Positions 8,932 to 24,550 are shown, counted from the first letter of the stretch. The stretch is 64,000 bases of DNA from an uncultured Acidobacteriota bacterium (GCA_963702425.1 CAVPCQ010000037.1:64001-128000), one strand, 5' to 3'. Made by a program: numbers and translations. Notes: generated by a model from the letters alone, not told the origin.

Positions 8932-11385
8932 ATGGGCGAGGGGGAAGAGCAGTTCGTCGCGGTCGCCGTCCCGGCACCGCTCCTGACGCCGCTGACCTAC
9001 CGCGTGCCGCCAGACCTGGCCGGCGCGCTGACGCCCGGAATGCGCGTCCGCGTGCCGCTCGGGCGGCGCTCCGTGGTCGGCGTCGTGCTCGGGGAGTGCG
9101 GGCCGCCCGCGGAGGGGATCGCGATCAAGGAAGTCGCGGCGCTGCTCGACCCGTCCGGGTGCCCGGCGCTCGCTCCCGACGTCCTGGCCACGCTGCGCTG
9201 GACCGCCGACTACTACGTCGCGCCTCCCGGGGAGACGCTGCGCGCCGCGCTCCCGGCAGCGGTCGCGCCGCGCGAACAGGGGATCGCGACGATCACCTCC
9301 GCCGGCCGCGACGCCGCACGCGACCCCGCCGCGCCGGCGTCGCTGCGCTGGCTCGCGTCGCGCCCCGGCGGACGCGCGCGAACGGAGGCGCTGTCCGCGC
9401 GCACTGCGAGCCGGGCCGAGCTGCGGCGCCTGGCCGACGCCGGCTTCGTGGCGCTCGAGCGGGAGAGCGGTCCCGCGCGCGGAGCGGCGCCGGAACGGCG
9501 GCTCGTCGAGCCCGCGCCCGAGACGCGGACCGCGCCGGAGGCGGCGCTGGCCGCGCTCGAGAAGACCCCGGCGCGCCGCCGCGTGCTCGCGGCGGCGCTC
9601 GCCGCGGATGGCCCTCGCCGCCCGTCGGCGCTGGCGCAGGAAGCCGGCAGCGGCCTGGCGGCCGTGCAGGCGCTGGTCGCCGCGGGGCGACTGGTCGAGC
9701 GCTTCGAGGCGGTTCCCGTCCCGCCGGTTCCCGAGGCGGGCTTCCCTGCCTCCCCGCCGCCGGCGCTCACGCCCGAGCAGGCCGCCGCGGTCGCGCACCT
9801 GAAGCAGCGGCTGGATGCCGGCGCGTTCCGGCCGGCCGTGCTCTACGGCGTGACCGCCTCGGGGAAGACCGAGGTCTACCTGCAGGTCGCCGAACACGCG
9901 CTCCGCGCCGGCGGCGCGGTGCTGTTCCTCGTGCCGGAGATCGGCCTGACCCCGCAGCTCGCCGAGGCGGTGGCGCAGCGGCTCGGCGGCGACACGGTGG
10001 TGCTCCACTCCGGTCTGTCCGACCGCCAGCGCTTCGAGGCCTGGCAGCGCGCCCGCTCCGGCGCGGCGCGCGTCGTCGTCGGCGCGCGCTCGGCCCTCTT
10101 CGCACCGCTCGCCGGGCTCTCGCTGATCGTCGTCGACGAGGAGCACGACGCCGGCTACAAGCAGGAGGAGACGCCGCGCTACCACGCCCGCGACCTGGCG
10201 CTGGTGCGCGGCCGCGAGACGGGCGCGGTCGTCGTGCTCGGCTCGGCGACGCCGTCGATGGAGGCCTGGAACCTCGCCCGGGAAGGGCGCGCCGACCTGC
10301 TCCGGCTGCCCGAACGCGCGACCGGCGGCCGCCTGGCCGCGATCGAGCTGGTCGACATGCGGCAGGAGTTCCACGAGACGAAGGCCGACCGCCCGCTCTC
10401 GCGGCGTCTCGTCGCCGGGTTGCAGGAGGCGCTCGCGCGGGGCGAGCAGGCGATGATCCTGCTCAACCGGCGCGGCTACACCCGGGCGGTCCTGTGCCGC
10501 GCCTGCGGCGAGGCGCTCGCCTGTCCGGCCTGCTCGATCGCACTCACGTGGCACCGCGTCGGCGAGAAGCTGCGCTGCCACTACTGCGGGCATGCGCGGG
10601 CCCGGCCCGCGACCTGCCCCCTGTGCAGCTCGCCGCACCTGGCCGACGTCGGCTCCGGCACGCAGCTGGCGGAGGAGGCGCTGGCCGAGGCGCTGCCCGG
10701 GGCGCGGATCGCGCGGCTGGACCGCGACGCGGTGCGCTCCGGAGAGCGGCTCGCCGCGCTGCTCGGCGGCTTCGCGCGCGGCGCCTTCGACGTCATGGTC
10801 GGGACGCAGATGATCGCCAAGGGGCACCACTTCCCGCGGGTCACGCTGGTCGGCGTGCTCTCGGCCGACGCCGCGCTGCGCCTGCCCGACTTCCGCGCCG
10901 CCGAGCGCACCTTCCAGCTGCTGACGCAGGTCGCCGGGCGGGCCGGCCGCGGGGAACGCCCGGGGCGGGTGCTGGTGCAGGCCTTCCGACCCGATCACCC
11001 CGCCCTGTCGTCGCTGGTCCACCAGGACTTCGAGGCCTTCGCCGGCCGCGAGCTGGCCGGCCGCCAGCTGCTGCGTTACCCGCCGGCGGCAGGGCTGGCT
11101 CAGATCATCGTGCGCGACGCCGACCTGCCGCGTGCGGAAGAGCGTGCCGCCGCGATCGCGCGCAGGCTGCGCGAAGCGGGGGAGGGAAAGGTCGCCGTCC
11201 TCGGCCCGACGGCCGCCCCGCTGGCGCGGTTGCGCGGACAATGGCGGATCCAGATCCTGGCCCGGGCCCTCAAACGCGCCCGGCTCGGGGAGGTGCTGCG
11301 GGCCGCGGTGGCCGAGGCCGCCGGGCCCGACGGAGCGCTCCCGGGGTGGCTGGTCGTCGACGTGGACCCCCAGTCGCTGCTGTGA
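8932..11385 (+). CDS. priA: Primosomal protein N'
   Basis: GVTASGKTEVY, VPEIGLTPQ, DEEHD, two CxxC zinc-binding pairs, GTQMIAKGHHFP, QVAGRAGR. Confidence 0.96.
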   Translation: MGEGEEQFVAVAVPAPLLTPLTYRVPPDLAGALTPGMRVRVPLGRRSVVGVVLGECGPPAEGIAIKEVAALLDPSGCPALAPDVLATLRWTADYYVAPPGETLRAALPAAVAPREQGIATITSAGRDAARDPAAPASLRWLASRPGGRARTEALSARTASRAELRRLADAGFVALERESGPARGAAPERRLVEPAPETRTAPEAALAALEKTPARRRVLAAALAADGPRRPSALAQEAGSGLAAVQALVAAGRLVERFEAVPVPPVPEAGFPASPPPALTPEQAAAVAHLKQRLDAGAFRPAVLYGVTASGKTEVYLQVAEHALRAGGAVLFLVPEIGLTPQLAEAVAQRLGGDTVVLHSGLSDRQRFEAWQRARSGAARVVVGARSALFAPLAGLSLIVVDEEHDAGYKQEETPRYHARDLALVRGRETGAVVVLGSATPSMEAWNLAREGRADLLRLPERATGGRLAAIELVDMRQEFHETKADRPLSRRLVAGLQEALARGEQAMILLNRRGYTRAVLCRACGEALACPACSIALTWHRVGEKLRCHYCGHARARPATCPLCSSPHLADVGSGTQLAEEALAEALPGARIARLDRDAVRSGERLAALLGGFARGAFDVMVGTQMIAKGHHFPRVTLVGVLSADAALRLPDFRAAERTFQLLTQVAGRAGRGERPGRVLVQAFRPDHPALSSLVHQDFEAFAGRELAGRQLLRYPPAAGLAQIIVRDADLPRAEERAAAIARRLREAGEGKVAVLGPTAAPLARLRGQWRIQILARALKRARLGEVLRAAVAEAAGPDGALPGWLVVDVDPQSLL

Positions 11386-11499
11386 GCTCACCGCCGGGGG
11401 GCGGCGCCCGGCGTGCGCGCCGGGCGGGAGCGGGCTTAACATCGTCTTCTCCTGCGGGCGCGGTGGCGCTTTCCGGGCCGGAAGGCCAGGAGGAACGAG

Positions 11500-12174
11500 A
11501 TGGAAACCGACCGTCGAGCAAGGCTCTTCCCCCGCGTCACGCGCGCCGCACTGGCGGCGGCAGCGGTCGCATTGCTGGCCCTCGCGCTGCTCTCCGCCGC
11601 AGGCTGTGCCTCCGGCTTCAACGACCTGCCGCAGGAGCCGGGGTACAGCCCGCGCCTCACGCGCTTCACCTACCTCGAGGAAGGGAAGCTCGTCGCGCTG
11701 GCCGCCGACACCGAGGCTACGATCCAGCGCGAGAAGCAGAAGTTCATCCCGGTCGGCGTCGGGATCGCCAACCTGGGCCTGTCGACCAGCCTCACGCTCA
11801 ACCGCGAGTCGTTCACGCTGGTCGACGACCAGGGAAAGAAGTACTCGCTGGCCACCGTGCAGGAGGCGCGTTCGCTCGCCGGGCTGCAGACCTACGACCT
11901 CAAGCTCGAAGAGCCCTTCGTCTCCGTCCTCCTCACCCGCTTCACCACGCTCCAGCTCGTGCCGATGGTCTTCTTCCCGGTGCAGAGCACCGAGCCGCAG
12001 TACGCGCGGCGCGGCATCGTGCGCGACCGCGTGGAGCTGCCGCTGCGCAGCTGGGCCTGGGACATCCTCTACTTCCCCCATCCCGAAGGGAAGCTGAAGG
12101 GTCGCAAGTACGAGCTGTGGATGAGCGCGCCCGAACTCAAGGAGCCGGTCTTCGTCCGTTTCGCCGTGAAATGA
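11500..12174 (+). CDS. Hypothetical lipoprotein
   Basis: AGGAGGA RBS; signal peptide ending LSAAGC (lipobox-like); host-like codon usage. Confidence 0.75.
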   Translation: METDRRARLFPRVTRAALAAAAVALLALALLSAAGCASGFNDLPQEPGYSPRLTRFTYLEEGKLVALAADTEATIQREKQKFIPVGVGIANLGLSTSLTLNRESFTLVDDQGKKYSLATVQEARSLAGLQTYDLKLEEPFVSVLLTRFTTLQLVPMVFFPVQSTEPQYARRGIVRDRVELPLRSWAWDILYFPHPEGKLKGRKYELWMSAPELKEPVFVRFAVK

Positions 12175-12770
12175 TCCGGCCGGTCCGGTCGCTCCTCCAC
12201 GGCCTGACGGATCCGTCGCAGGCCGTGGAGGCGACCGCGCTCGGTCTCGACGGCGCCGTGATCTCGCTCGCCGGGTCCGGCGAGCCCGACTTGGAGCTCG
12301 ATCTCCCGGCGGCGGCGCGCGTCGCCGCCGCGCTGCCGCCGCTCGCCGCGCGGATCGCACAGCTCGGCCCCGGCGCCGCGCTCCCGGCGCCGTTCGGCGT
12401 CGCCGTCACCCGCGGCGGCGCACCACGGCCCCCCGGCGCCGCGGTCCACCTCGTGCGACTGACCTGGGAGGAGTTCGCGGCGGGCCGGAGGCCGGCCGCG
12501 GACGGACTCTGGCTTCGCCCACGCGCGGGAGCCGGCGCCACGGCAACCGGGTTCGAGTGGTCCAGCGTCTCCGCGGCGGCGGCCCGCGTCCGGCTCGTGC
12601 TCGAGATCCCCGACGGCGCCGACGGCGTGGAAACCGCGGTGCGGCTGGGCCACCCCTACGCGGTGGCCTTCGCCGAAGCCGCCTGGTTCCGGCCCGGCAT
12701 CGTCGATCTCGATCGGCTGGAGTCGGCGCTGGCCGCGGTGGCGCGGCTCAACAAGGCGGCTTTCAGCTAG
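12171..12770 (+). CDS. Divergent TrpF/PRAI-like TIM-barrel protein
   Basis: HGLTDPSQAVEATALGLDG start and VRLGHPYAVAFAEAAWFRPGIVDLDRL end align by eye with TrpF; catalytic residues absent. Confidence 0.55.
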   Translation: MIRPVRSLLHGLTDPSQAVEATALGLDGAVISLAGSGEPDLELDLPAAARVAAALPPLAARIAQLGPGAALPAPFGVAVTRGGAPRPPGAAVHLVRLTWEEFAAGRRPAADGLWLRPRAGAGATATGFEWSSVSAAAARVRLVLEIPDGADGVETAVRLGHPYAVAFAEAAWFRPGIVDLDRLESALAAVARLNKAAFS

Positions 12771-14040
12771 GTCCGGCGGTCGCCCGGTCCCCCGCTGCGC
12801 GCCGCTCGCGGACCAGCTTGCGGCCGCACCAGGGACAGCCCCGCCAGCGCGACGAGACGCCCCAGCCGCAGCCGGGGCAGGGGACCTTGAACTCCACGTC
12901 CCAGGAGAGCCGCTCGCGGCAGTGCGGGCAGTGCCGCGCGTAGAGCGGCACGTGGCGCCGGCACGACGGGCAACGACCGCGGCAGTCGGCGCGGTCCTTG
13001 CCTTCCCGCCGGCGCGCGAATTCGGCCCCGCACCAGGCGCAGAAGCTCCAGACCGGGCTCCTTTCCCAGGCGCAGCTCGGACAGCGCCCGGGCAGCTTGT
13101 CCGACCAGATCAGCTTCTTGCGGTCGGCGCACTCGGGGCAGTAGCGCATGTGGGTGATCAGGTCCGAGCCGCAGGTCACGCAGACCCGCCGGATGTCGTA
13201 ATACGCATCGAGCAGCTGGGGCAGGGAACGCCCGCGGCGCGGCGGCCGGACCTCCTGCAGCGCGCGCCGCAGCGCGCCCATCGAGGCGAAGCGATCGCGC
13301 GGCTCGCGCGCGAGCATCTTGAGCAGCGAGGGCCGGAACGGCTCGGGGAGCGCGGCAAGCTGGCGCGCCAGCCGTCGCCGGTCGAGCCGCTGGATCCGGT
13401 AGGCGATGATCGCGGTGCGCGCCGCCCCCCACGGCACGCTGCCGGCGAGCAGCTCGTGCAGCAGCACGCCCAGCGCGAAGACGTCCGTCTGCGGCGTTGC
13501 CCGGCCGCGCATCTGCTCCGGCGCCATGTAGGCCAGCGTTCCGGCCCCGGAGCCCGTCTGCGTCGACAGGCCGAGGTCACGCGCGATCCCGAAGTCGCAC
13601 AGGATCGGCCGGCGCGAGCGGCGCTCGATGATCACGTTCGAGGGGGTCAGGTCGCGGTGCACGATCCCCTCGCCGTGAATCGCCTCGAGCGCCGCGGCGA
13701 GGTCCACCACGATGTCGACCGCGACCGCCGGGGGGAGCTTGCGATGGAACTCGACGAAATCGGCGAGCGTCGGCCCCTCGAGGTAGTCCATCACCAGGTA
13801 GAGCCGCCCGCGCTCGTCCTCGCCGACCTCGTGGACCCGCACGATGCTCGGGTGCGACAGGAAGCGCAGCCCCTTCGCCTCGCGCAGCAGCGACTCGTCG
13901 CCCATCCGGTTCGCGACCTTGACCGCGCGCAGCTCGCGCGTGACGCGGTCGCGGCAGAGCAGCACGCGGGCAAACCCCCCCGCCCCGATGTCGTTGAGGA
14001 TCTTGTAGCGCCTGCCGGAGTCCACGTAGGCGTCGAGCAC
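12763..14040 (-). CDS. Ser/Thr protein kinase with C-terminal tandem zinc ribbons
   Basis: IGAGGFARV, AVK, HRDLTPSN, CDFG, YMAPE; eight CxxC motifs in the C-terminal ~130 aa. Confidence 0.9.
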   Translation of the reverse strand: MLDAYVDSGRRYKILNDIGAGGFARVLLCRDRVTRELRAVKVANRMGDESLLREAKGLRFLSHPSIVRVHEVGEDERGRLYLVMDYLEGPTLADFVEFHRKLPPAVAVDIVVDLAAALEAIHGEGIVHRDLTPSNVIIERRSRRPILCDFGIARDLGLSTQTGSGAGTLAYMAPEQMRGRATPQTDVFALGVLLHELLAGSVPWGAARTAIIAYRIQRLDRRRLARQLAALPEPFRPSLLKMLAREPRDRFASMGALRRALQEVRPPRRGRSLPQLLDAYYDIRRVCVTCGSDLITHMRYCPECADRKKLIWSDKLPGRCPSCAWERSPVWSFCAWCGAEFARRREGKDRADCRGRCPSCRRHVPLYARHCPHCRERLSWDVEFKVPCPGCGWGVSSRWRGCPWCGRKLVRERRAAGDRATAGPS

Positions 14041-14089
14041 GCCGGGTCCTTCCGCGCGGCCTCTCGGCGGCCCGCGCCCGGGAGCGATG

Positions 14090-17000
14090 TTACCGCAGCG
14101 GGGCCCCCGGCCCGGTGGCCAGCGGAAGGAGGATCGTGAAGCGCGCTCCCGCGCCCGGGCGGCTCTCGACCTCGATCCGCCCCGCCTGGGCCTCGACCGC
14201 CTGGCGCGCGATCGGGAGGCCCAGCCCGGATCCCGTGTCGCGCGTCGTGACGTCGGGTTCGAAGAGCTGGGACAGCCGGCCGGGGTCGATTCCGGGCCCG
14301 GTGTCCGCCACGCTGATCGCCAGCGTGCGCGGCGGCCCCTCGCGAACCGCCCACCCGACGGTGACCGTCCCGCCCGCCTCGACCGCGGCCAGGGCGTTGA
14401 GGACGAGATTGGCCAGCGCGCGGCGCAGCAGCCGCGGGTCGGCGAGAGCCGGCGGCAGGGCCGGAGGTCCCGTGGTTTCGAACCGCACTCCGGCCGGCGG
14501 GGCCAGCCGGTACGGGGCGAGCCATTCGGTGAGCAACGGGGCGAGGTCGAGCCGCTCGGGCCGCGCGGCGAACAGGCGTGCGTAGTCCGAGAACTCGCTC
14601 GAGGTCTCGCGCAGCACCCGCACCTGCTCACCGATCGTGGCCAGCGCGCGGTCGAGCACCTCGGGCAGACGCGGGTCGTCCTCGGCCGCGAGCCGGCGCA
14701 CGTGCTCGACGACGAGGCTGATCGGCGTCAGCGGGTTCTTGATCTCGTGCGCGATCCGGCGCGCCATCTCGGCCCAGGCCACGAGCCGCTCGCCGCGCAC
14801 CGTGTCCGACAGGTCCTCGACGACCACCAGCCGGGCCGGCTCGTCGTCGGTCTCGCGCGGCAGGCGGATCGTCGAGACGCGCAGGTGGCGCGTCTCGGCG
14901 TCGCGCGGCAGATCGACCATCAGGGGGGGCGTCGCATCGTCCGGCAGCGGCAGGTCCGGCGCCGCCTCGAGCAGCGCCCGCGCTTCCGGGTTGGCGGCCC
15001 AGATCGAGCCGTCTTCGCGCAGCGCGAGCACCGCCAGCGGCATGCTCGCGATCAGCCGCTCCATCGCCTCGCGCCGGCGCTCGAGACCGTCGCGCTGCGT
15101 GGCCAGGCTCGCCCCCATCGCGCGGAAGGCGCGGGCCAGCGAACGCGTCTCGTCGTAGCCCGTCTCCGGCACCGCCGTGTCGAAGGCGCCGTCGGCGATC
15201 CGTGCGGTGGCGCGCTCGAGGTCGGCCAGTGGCCGGACCAGCTTGCGCGTCGCGGGCGCGACCACCACCGCGGCGAGCAGCACGAGCAGCGCCGAGCTGA
15301 ACAGCAGCGCGCGATCGACGTCGCGCAGCTCGTCGGCCACGCGCTGCCCGGCCCGTCCGAGCGAGACGCTGACGACGCCGGTCGCCGCGCTCGGCGCGAC
15401 GAGCGGGCCGTGCGCGACCGCAGACGAAACGACGCGCCCCCCGGGTGCCCGGCGGGCCGGCTCCTCGACCAGCGACGCTCGCCCTTCGACGATCCGGCGC
15501 CACGTCGCGCCGTCGAGGCGGTCGGGGAGCAGCCCGGCGCGGACGAGGTCGGGGCGGCTCGAGGCGACCAGCGCCCCGTCGCCTTCCCAGGCGCAGACGT
15601 CGTCGTCGAGCGTCCGCGCCAGCCAGGCCGCCAGCGCGTCGTCGAGGCGCATCCCGCGCTCCCCCTCGAGCGCCAGGTAGTCCTGCAGGAAGCCGCGGGC
15701 GTAACCGACCGCGCGCGCCCCCTCGGTCGCGAGCTGCTGCGCCGCCTGGCGCGCCGCGAGCACGCGCAGCGAGACGCCGAGCGCCAGCAGCGGCACGAGG
15801 CCGGCAGCGAGCAGCAGCAGCGCGACCTGCACGCGGAATCGCCCCAGCACCCGCTGCAGTCCCTGCTCCAGCGCGGCGCCGCTCCCGCGCGGATCGGTGA
15901 CGACACGGCGCAGCGCCGCGGCGCCCAGCCCCAGCGCGACGAGCAGCGCGCCCCAGGCGACCGCCATCGCGGCGACCGCGACCGGGCGCGGCGGGAAGAC
16001 GATCACCGAGACGGTGCCGCCTCGATCGGGCAGGTCGAGGATCCGCGCCCGGCGCCCCTGGACCGGCACGGAGCGCCAGGTCGGCTCGTCGGGCGCCGCA
16101 GCGGGAGGGGGCGGGGCCGGCTCGACGTCGGAGTGAACGACGCGACGCGCGGCGTCGTACCACGCCAGCCGCGGCTCGAGGTCGGAGGCAGGCGGGTAGA
16201 GCCCGCCGTGCCGATCCGCGCCGCGGCGCGCGCGCAGCGGGTCGGTGGCCGCGAACCCGGGGAGGTTCCCCGGCGCCTCGAGGACGGCCGCGATCCAGCG
16301 GCCGCCCAGGGGCCGCGCGCGCTGCGCCAGCCGGACCCGGAAGGTCCCGCCGACGAAGGAAAGCGCGACCTGCGCCGGCCGCTCGGCCCCCGCGGCGTCG
16401 CGTCCGAGCGCGTCGAGCTGCGGAGCCGGATCGACCGGCGGGAAGCCGGTCGCGAAGGCGTCGTCGAGGTGTCCGTCCGCGTCGTACTTCCAGACCCCCG
16501 AGGCGAGTCCCTGCCGCCCGAGCGGGCTGTTCCACCAGAGGTCGATCGCGTCGCGTTCCGGCGAGAGCGAGGCCGGCCCCGGGTCGGGGCGCGTCAGGGC
16601 GAGCGTCTCCTCGAGCGCGGTGTCCCAGGCGTGATCGCGCGACGCGATCGCCGGCTCGACGCTGCCGTCGACGGCACGGACCTGGGCGCGCGGGACGGCG
16701 AGCCCGTGCGCGAGCGCCGCCAGCGCGCCCGCGCCGACGGCAGCGAGCGCGACCGTCACCCCGCCGGCGCTTCGCTCCAGCCGCGGCGCTCCCAGGCGGG
16801 CCGCCAGGACGAACGCCGCCCACACCGGGGAGGCCAGCGCCAGCGTGAGGGCGACGCGCACGCCGGTCCCGCCGCGCGGCCCGACGAGTTCCAGCAGCGA
16901 GAGACGCTCGCCGACGGTGACGGCGCCGGCGAGCGCGAGCCCGAGCGCGGCCGCGGCGAGCGCCGCGATCCCCAGCGCGCGCCGCGCGCGCGTCCCCCCC

Positions 17001-18139
17001 GGCAGCGGCGTCAGCGCCGCCACGGCGGCGAGCGCGAGGCCGGTGAGTGCCGCGCCGGCCGGCGTGTCGACCAGCGGGGCGAGCGACGCCGAATGCGCGC
17101 CCCGTCCCTTCCGCGAGCCAGCTCGCGGTCCCGATGCCGCCGACCCGCTCGAGCGCGCCCGGGGCCGCGGCCAGCGCGAGGCGCGCGGCGATCACCGCCA
17201 GCGCCGCGCCGCGCCGCACGGCCAGCGCGAAGAGGGCCAGCACAAGCGCCGCCAGCGCGGCCGCGAGCTGCGCGCGGCGGTCGGCCAGCCGGGCTCGTTC
17301 CAGCGGCGCGGGCAGCACCTCGAGCGAGACGCGCGCGACGACCTGTCCCCCCGAGGCCATCAGCGGCACGAGCGACCAGTAGGGCGCGCTCTCGGCCGCC
17401 GGGCGCGTGGGCGCCACGGGAGCGCGCACCCCCTCGCCCCAGGCCTGCCAGCGCACGCTGGCATCGACACCGGGGCCGAGGTCACCGCCGAGCGCGCCGG
17501 CCGCCGGCTCGGAGGGGAGCGGCACCTCCGCCAGCAGCACGTGCGGTGCGCGCGCGGTGCGGCGCGCGACCACGAGCCGCAACACGAGGCCGCGCCGGAG
17601 CGCGATCACCGCCGGCGGCGTCGCGAGCTGGGCGCGGAGCGCCTCGCGCTCGTCCGGCGCGAGCCGCATGCTCGAACCGGACCAGGCGACGATCGTCGCC
17701 AGGTCCGGGCCGAAGAGGACGAGTCCCGCGTCGGGACCGAGCGCGGAGCGCTCGGCGTCGAGCCAGCCGGCGATCTCGGCGTCGAGGGGGCGGCTCCCTC
17801 CGCAGGGTGGCGTCGACCGCCGAGACCAGCGCCGCCCAGTTGCGCTCGACCCCCTGCACCGCGATGGCGAGGCGCTCGTAGGGAGCGCGACGGGGGGCGA
17901 TCTCCGACTGTCCGGCGAGGCCGGCGACCACGGCGAGCAGCGCGGCGAGGCGCAGCGCTCGGCCGCGTCCCCGGACCGCGGCGAGCGCCGCGGCGGCGAG
18001 CGCGACCGAGGCCAGCCACCAGCGCCCCGACCGCAGCCCCCGGCGCGCGGGAGAGCGCGGCCAGGAGGGCGGTCGACGCCAACGCCAGCGGGAGTCCGTC
18101 GAGGACGGCGAACGGGGCCGCGCGGCGCAGGTCGTTCAT
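14090..18139 (-). CDS. Large membrane sensor histidine kinase (NtrY-like HAMP-PAS-HisKA-HATPase); N-terminal part split over several frames
   Basis: MARRIAHEIKNPLTPI H-box, NLVLNA, DTGPGI, GSGLGL; upstream coding-like segments in ORFs starting at 18139, 17931, 18203 and 17023. Confidence 0.85.
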
Positions 18140-18199
18140 CGCGAGCGGATGATAGTGCGCGGCGCGTCCAGGGAGCTTCCCGTCCCGCGCCTCCTCCTC

Positions 18200-18435
18200 C
18201 CAACGCGGAACGGCCCGCCGCGAGGCGGGCCGTTCCGGGAACTCAAGGGGGGGTGGTCAGTCGGTCGGGAAAGGAGTCGTCTCGTCCAGGCGATGGGAAA
18301 TCCCGACAAGGGGCCGAGGGTTGGGTTCCACTTGCTCGGGGCAAAGTGGGCAACGGGCTTGGCACTGCGTCGGGTTCTTAGGGCAACGGGGTCGGTTCCC
18401 CTCGAACCCCCTGTCGGGTCTTTCCGCCTTCGCGC
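18200..18435 (-). ncRNA. Candidate sigma54-dependent structured sRNA (~230 nt)
   Basis: Lies between a sigma54 promoter and a hairpin; long stem GGAAA-GA-CCCGACAGGGGG-UUCGAGGG / CCCUCGG-CCCCUUGUCGGG-A-UUUCC; no credible ORF. Confidence 0.6.
18207..18236. terminator. GC-rich hairpin, probable terminator of the leftward sigma54 transcript
   Basis: GGAACGGCCCGCC-gcga-GGCGGGCCGTTCC, 13-bp perfect stem; no clear U-tract. Confidence 0.6.
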
Positions 18436-18445
18436 TCTAGACTTA

Positions 18446-18462
18446 TGCAACGGGGATGCCAA
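18446..18462 (-). promoter_or_regulatory. sigma54 (-24/-12) promoter
   Basis: Minus strand TTGGCATCCCCGTTGCA, GG-N10-GC spacing. Confidence 0.8.
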
Positions 18463-18568
18463 GACCGTCCGAATGCCGTAAACCACTAGAGAGGCGTGAC
18501 TTGCCGCGAAACGCGGCATCGAGCCCTGCGACCCGGGGGGAGCGACGGGTGATGCATCGAGCCCGGTC

Positions 18569-18585
18569 TGTTGCGTCCTGCAACG
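18569..18585. promoter_or_regulatory. Palindromic putative enhancer (UAS) for the sigma54 promoter
   Basis: TGTTGCGTCCTGCAACG at about -134 to -150 from the predicted start; 15/17 identical to the site at 23848-23864. Confidence 0.6.
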
Positions 18586-18597
18586 CGCGCGGCCCGG

Positions 18598-23827
<5,230 letters not shown>

Positions 23828-23847
23828 GCGGTCGTTATGCGCCACTC

Positions 23848-23864
23848 TGTTGCAGGGCGCAACA
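23848..23864. promoter_or_regulatory. Palindromic operator ~20 bp upstream of the kinase-activator start codon
   Basis: TGTTGCAGGGCGCAACA; reverse complement matches 18569-18585 at 15/17. Confidence 0.6.
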
Positions 23865-23939
23865 CTTCCGGGGCGGGTGGGGAGCACGGCCGGAGGCGCT
23901 GGGCCGGGGCCGGAAAGCCCTCGAAACACGGGGCCAGGC

Positions 23940-23995
23940 AAAAAAATAGGCCCTCCGAGGAGGGCCGAACTGGTAGAGGAAAAGGAGTCAGTGAC
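23940..23995 (-). ncRNA. Candidate very short sigma54-dependent sRNA (~55 nt) including intrinsic terminator
   Basis: GUCACUGACUCCUUUUCCUCUACCAGUUC-GGCCCUC-CUCG-GAGGGCC-UA-U7 directly after a consensus sigma54 promoter. Confidence 0.55.
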
Positions 23996-24004
23996 AGTTA
24001 CATA

Positions 24005-24020
24005 AGCAATCGCCGTGCCA
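24005..24020 (-). promoter_or_regulatory. sigma54 (-24/-12) promoter
   Basis: Minus strand TGGCACGGCGATTGCT, full TGGCAC-N5-TTGC consensus. Confidence 0.8.
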
Positions 24021-24157
24021 CGTCGGGCAAAAAGGGAAGTCGAGACGGCCCAAGGGGTTGCCGTTCGGAGTGCTTCGGAATGTGGCGGGGAGGTTCTGCC
24101 AGCGTGACGCGGCGGGTCAGTCTGACGGGGCGGGCCTGACGTTCAACGGCAGCGGGG

Positions 24158-24233
<76 letters not shown>

Positions 24234-24248
24234 GATGGGAAGGGGAGT

Positions 24249-24323
24249 TGGTGGGGCGTGTAGGATTTGAACCTACGACTTCCACCGTGTGAAGATGGCA
24301 CTCTACCGCTGAGTTAACGCCCC
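24249..24323 (-). tRNA. tRNA-Val(CAC)
   Basis: GGGGCGTTAACTCAG...CCATC-TTCACAC-GGTGG...GGTTCAAATCC...CCCCACCA, 75 nt. Confidence 0.96.
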
Positions 24324-24465
24324 TGAAACCCGCGGGATTAGAACATGCGGCACCGGGACTGTCCACCAACCGCCGCCGCCGCCGCGCGTCGCGCCGGAGC
24401 GACTCCCGGCGACGCCTCGAGCGGCCGATTCGGGACTGGCGACCATTCCCCGGAAGTTGTAGATT

Positions 24466-24513
24466 TGTCAACATCTAGCGGTGATCGGGGCCGCGGCGCG
24501 CAAGATCTTGTGG
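24466..24513. promoter_or_regulatory. Tandem NrdR boxes
   Basis: TGTCAACATCTAGCGG and GCGCAAGATCTTGTGG, 32 bp apart, upstream of a ribonucleotide reductase. Confidence 0.75.
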
Positions 24514-24521
24514 TTCCCCCG

Positions 24522-24550
24522 TTGACATTGCGGAACGTCGCGGCTAATGT
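24522..24550 (+). promoter_or_regulatory. sigma70-type promoter of nrdJ
   Basis: TTGACA-N17-TAATGT. Confidence 0.6.
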
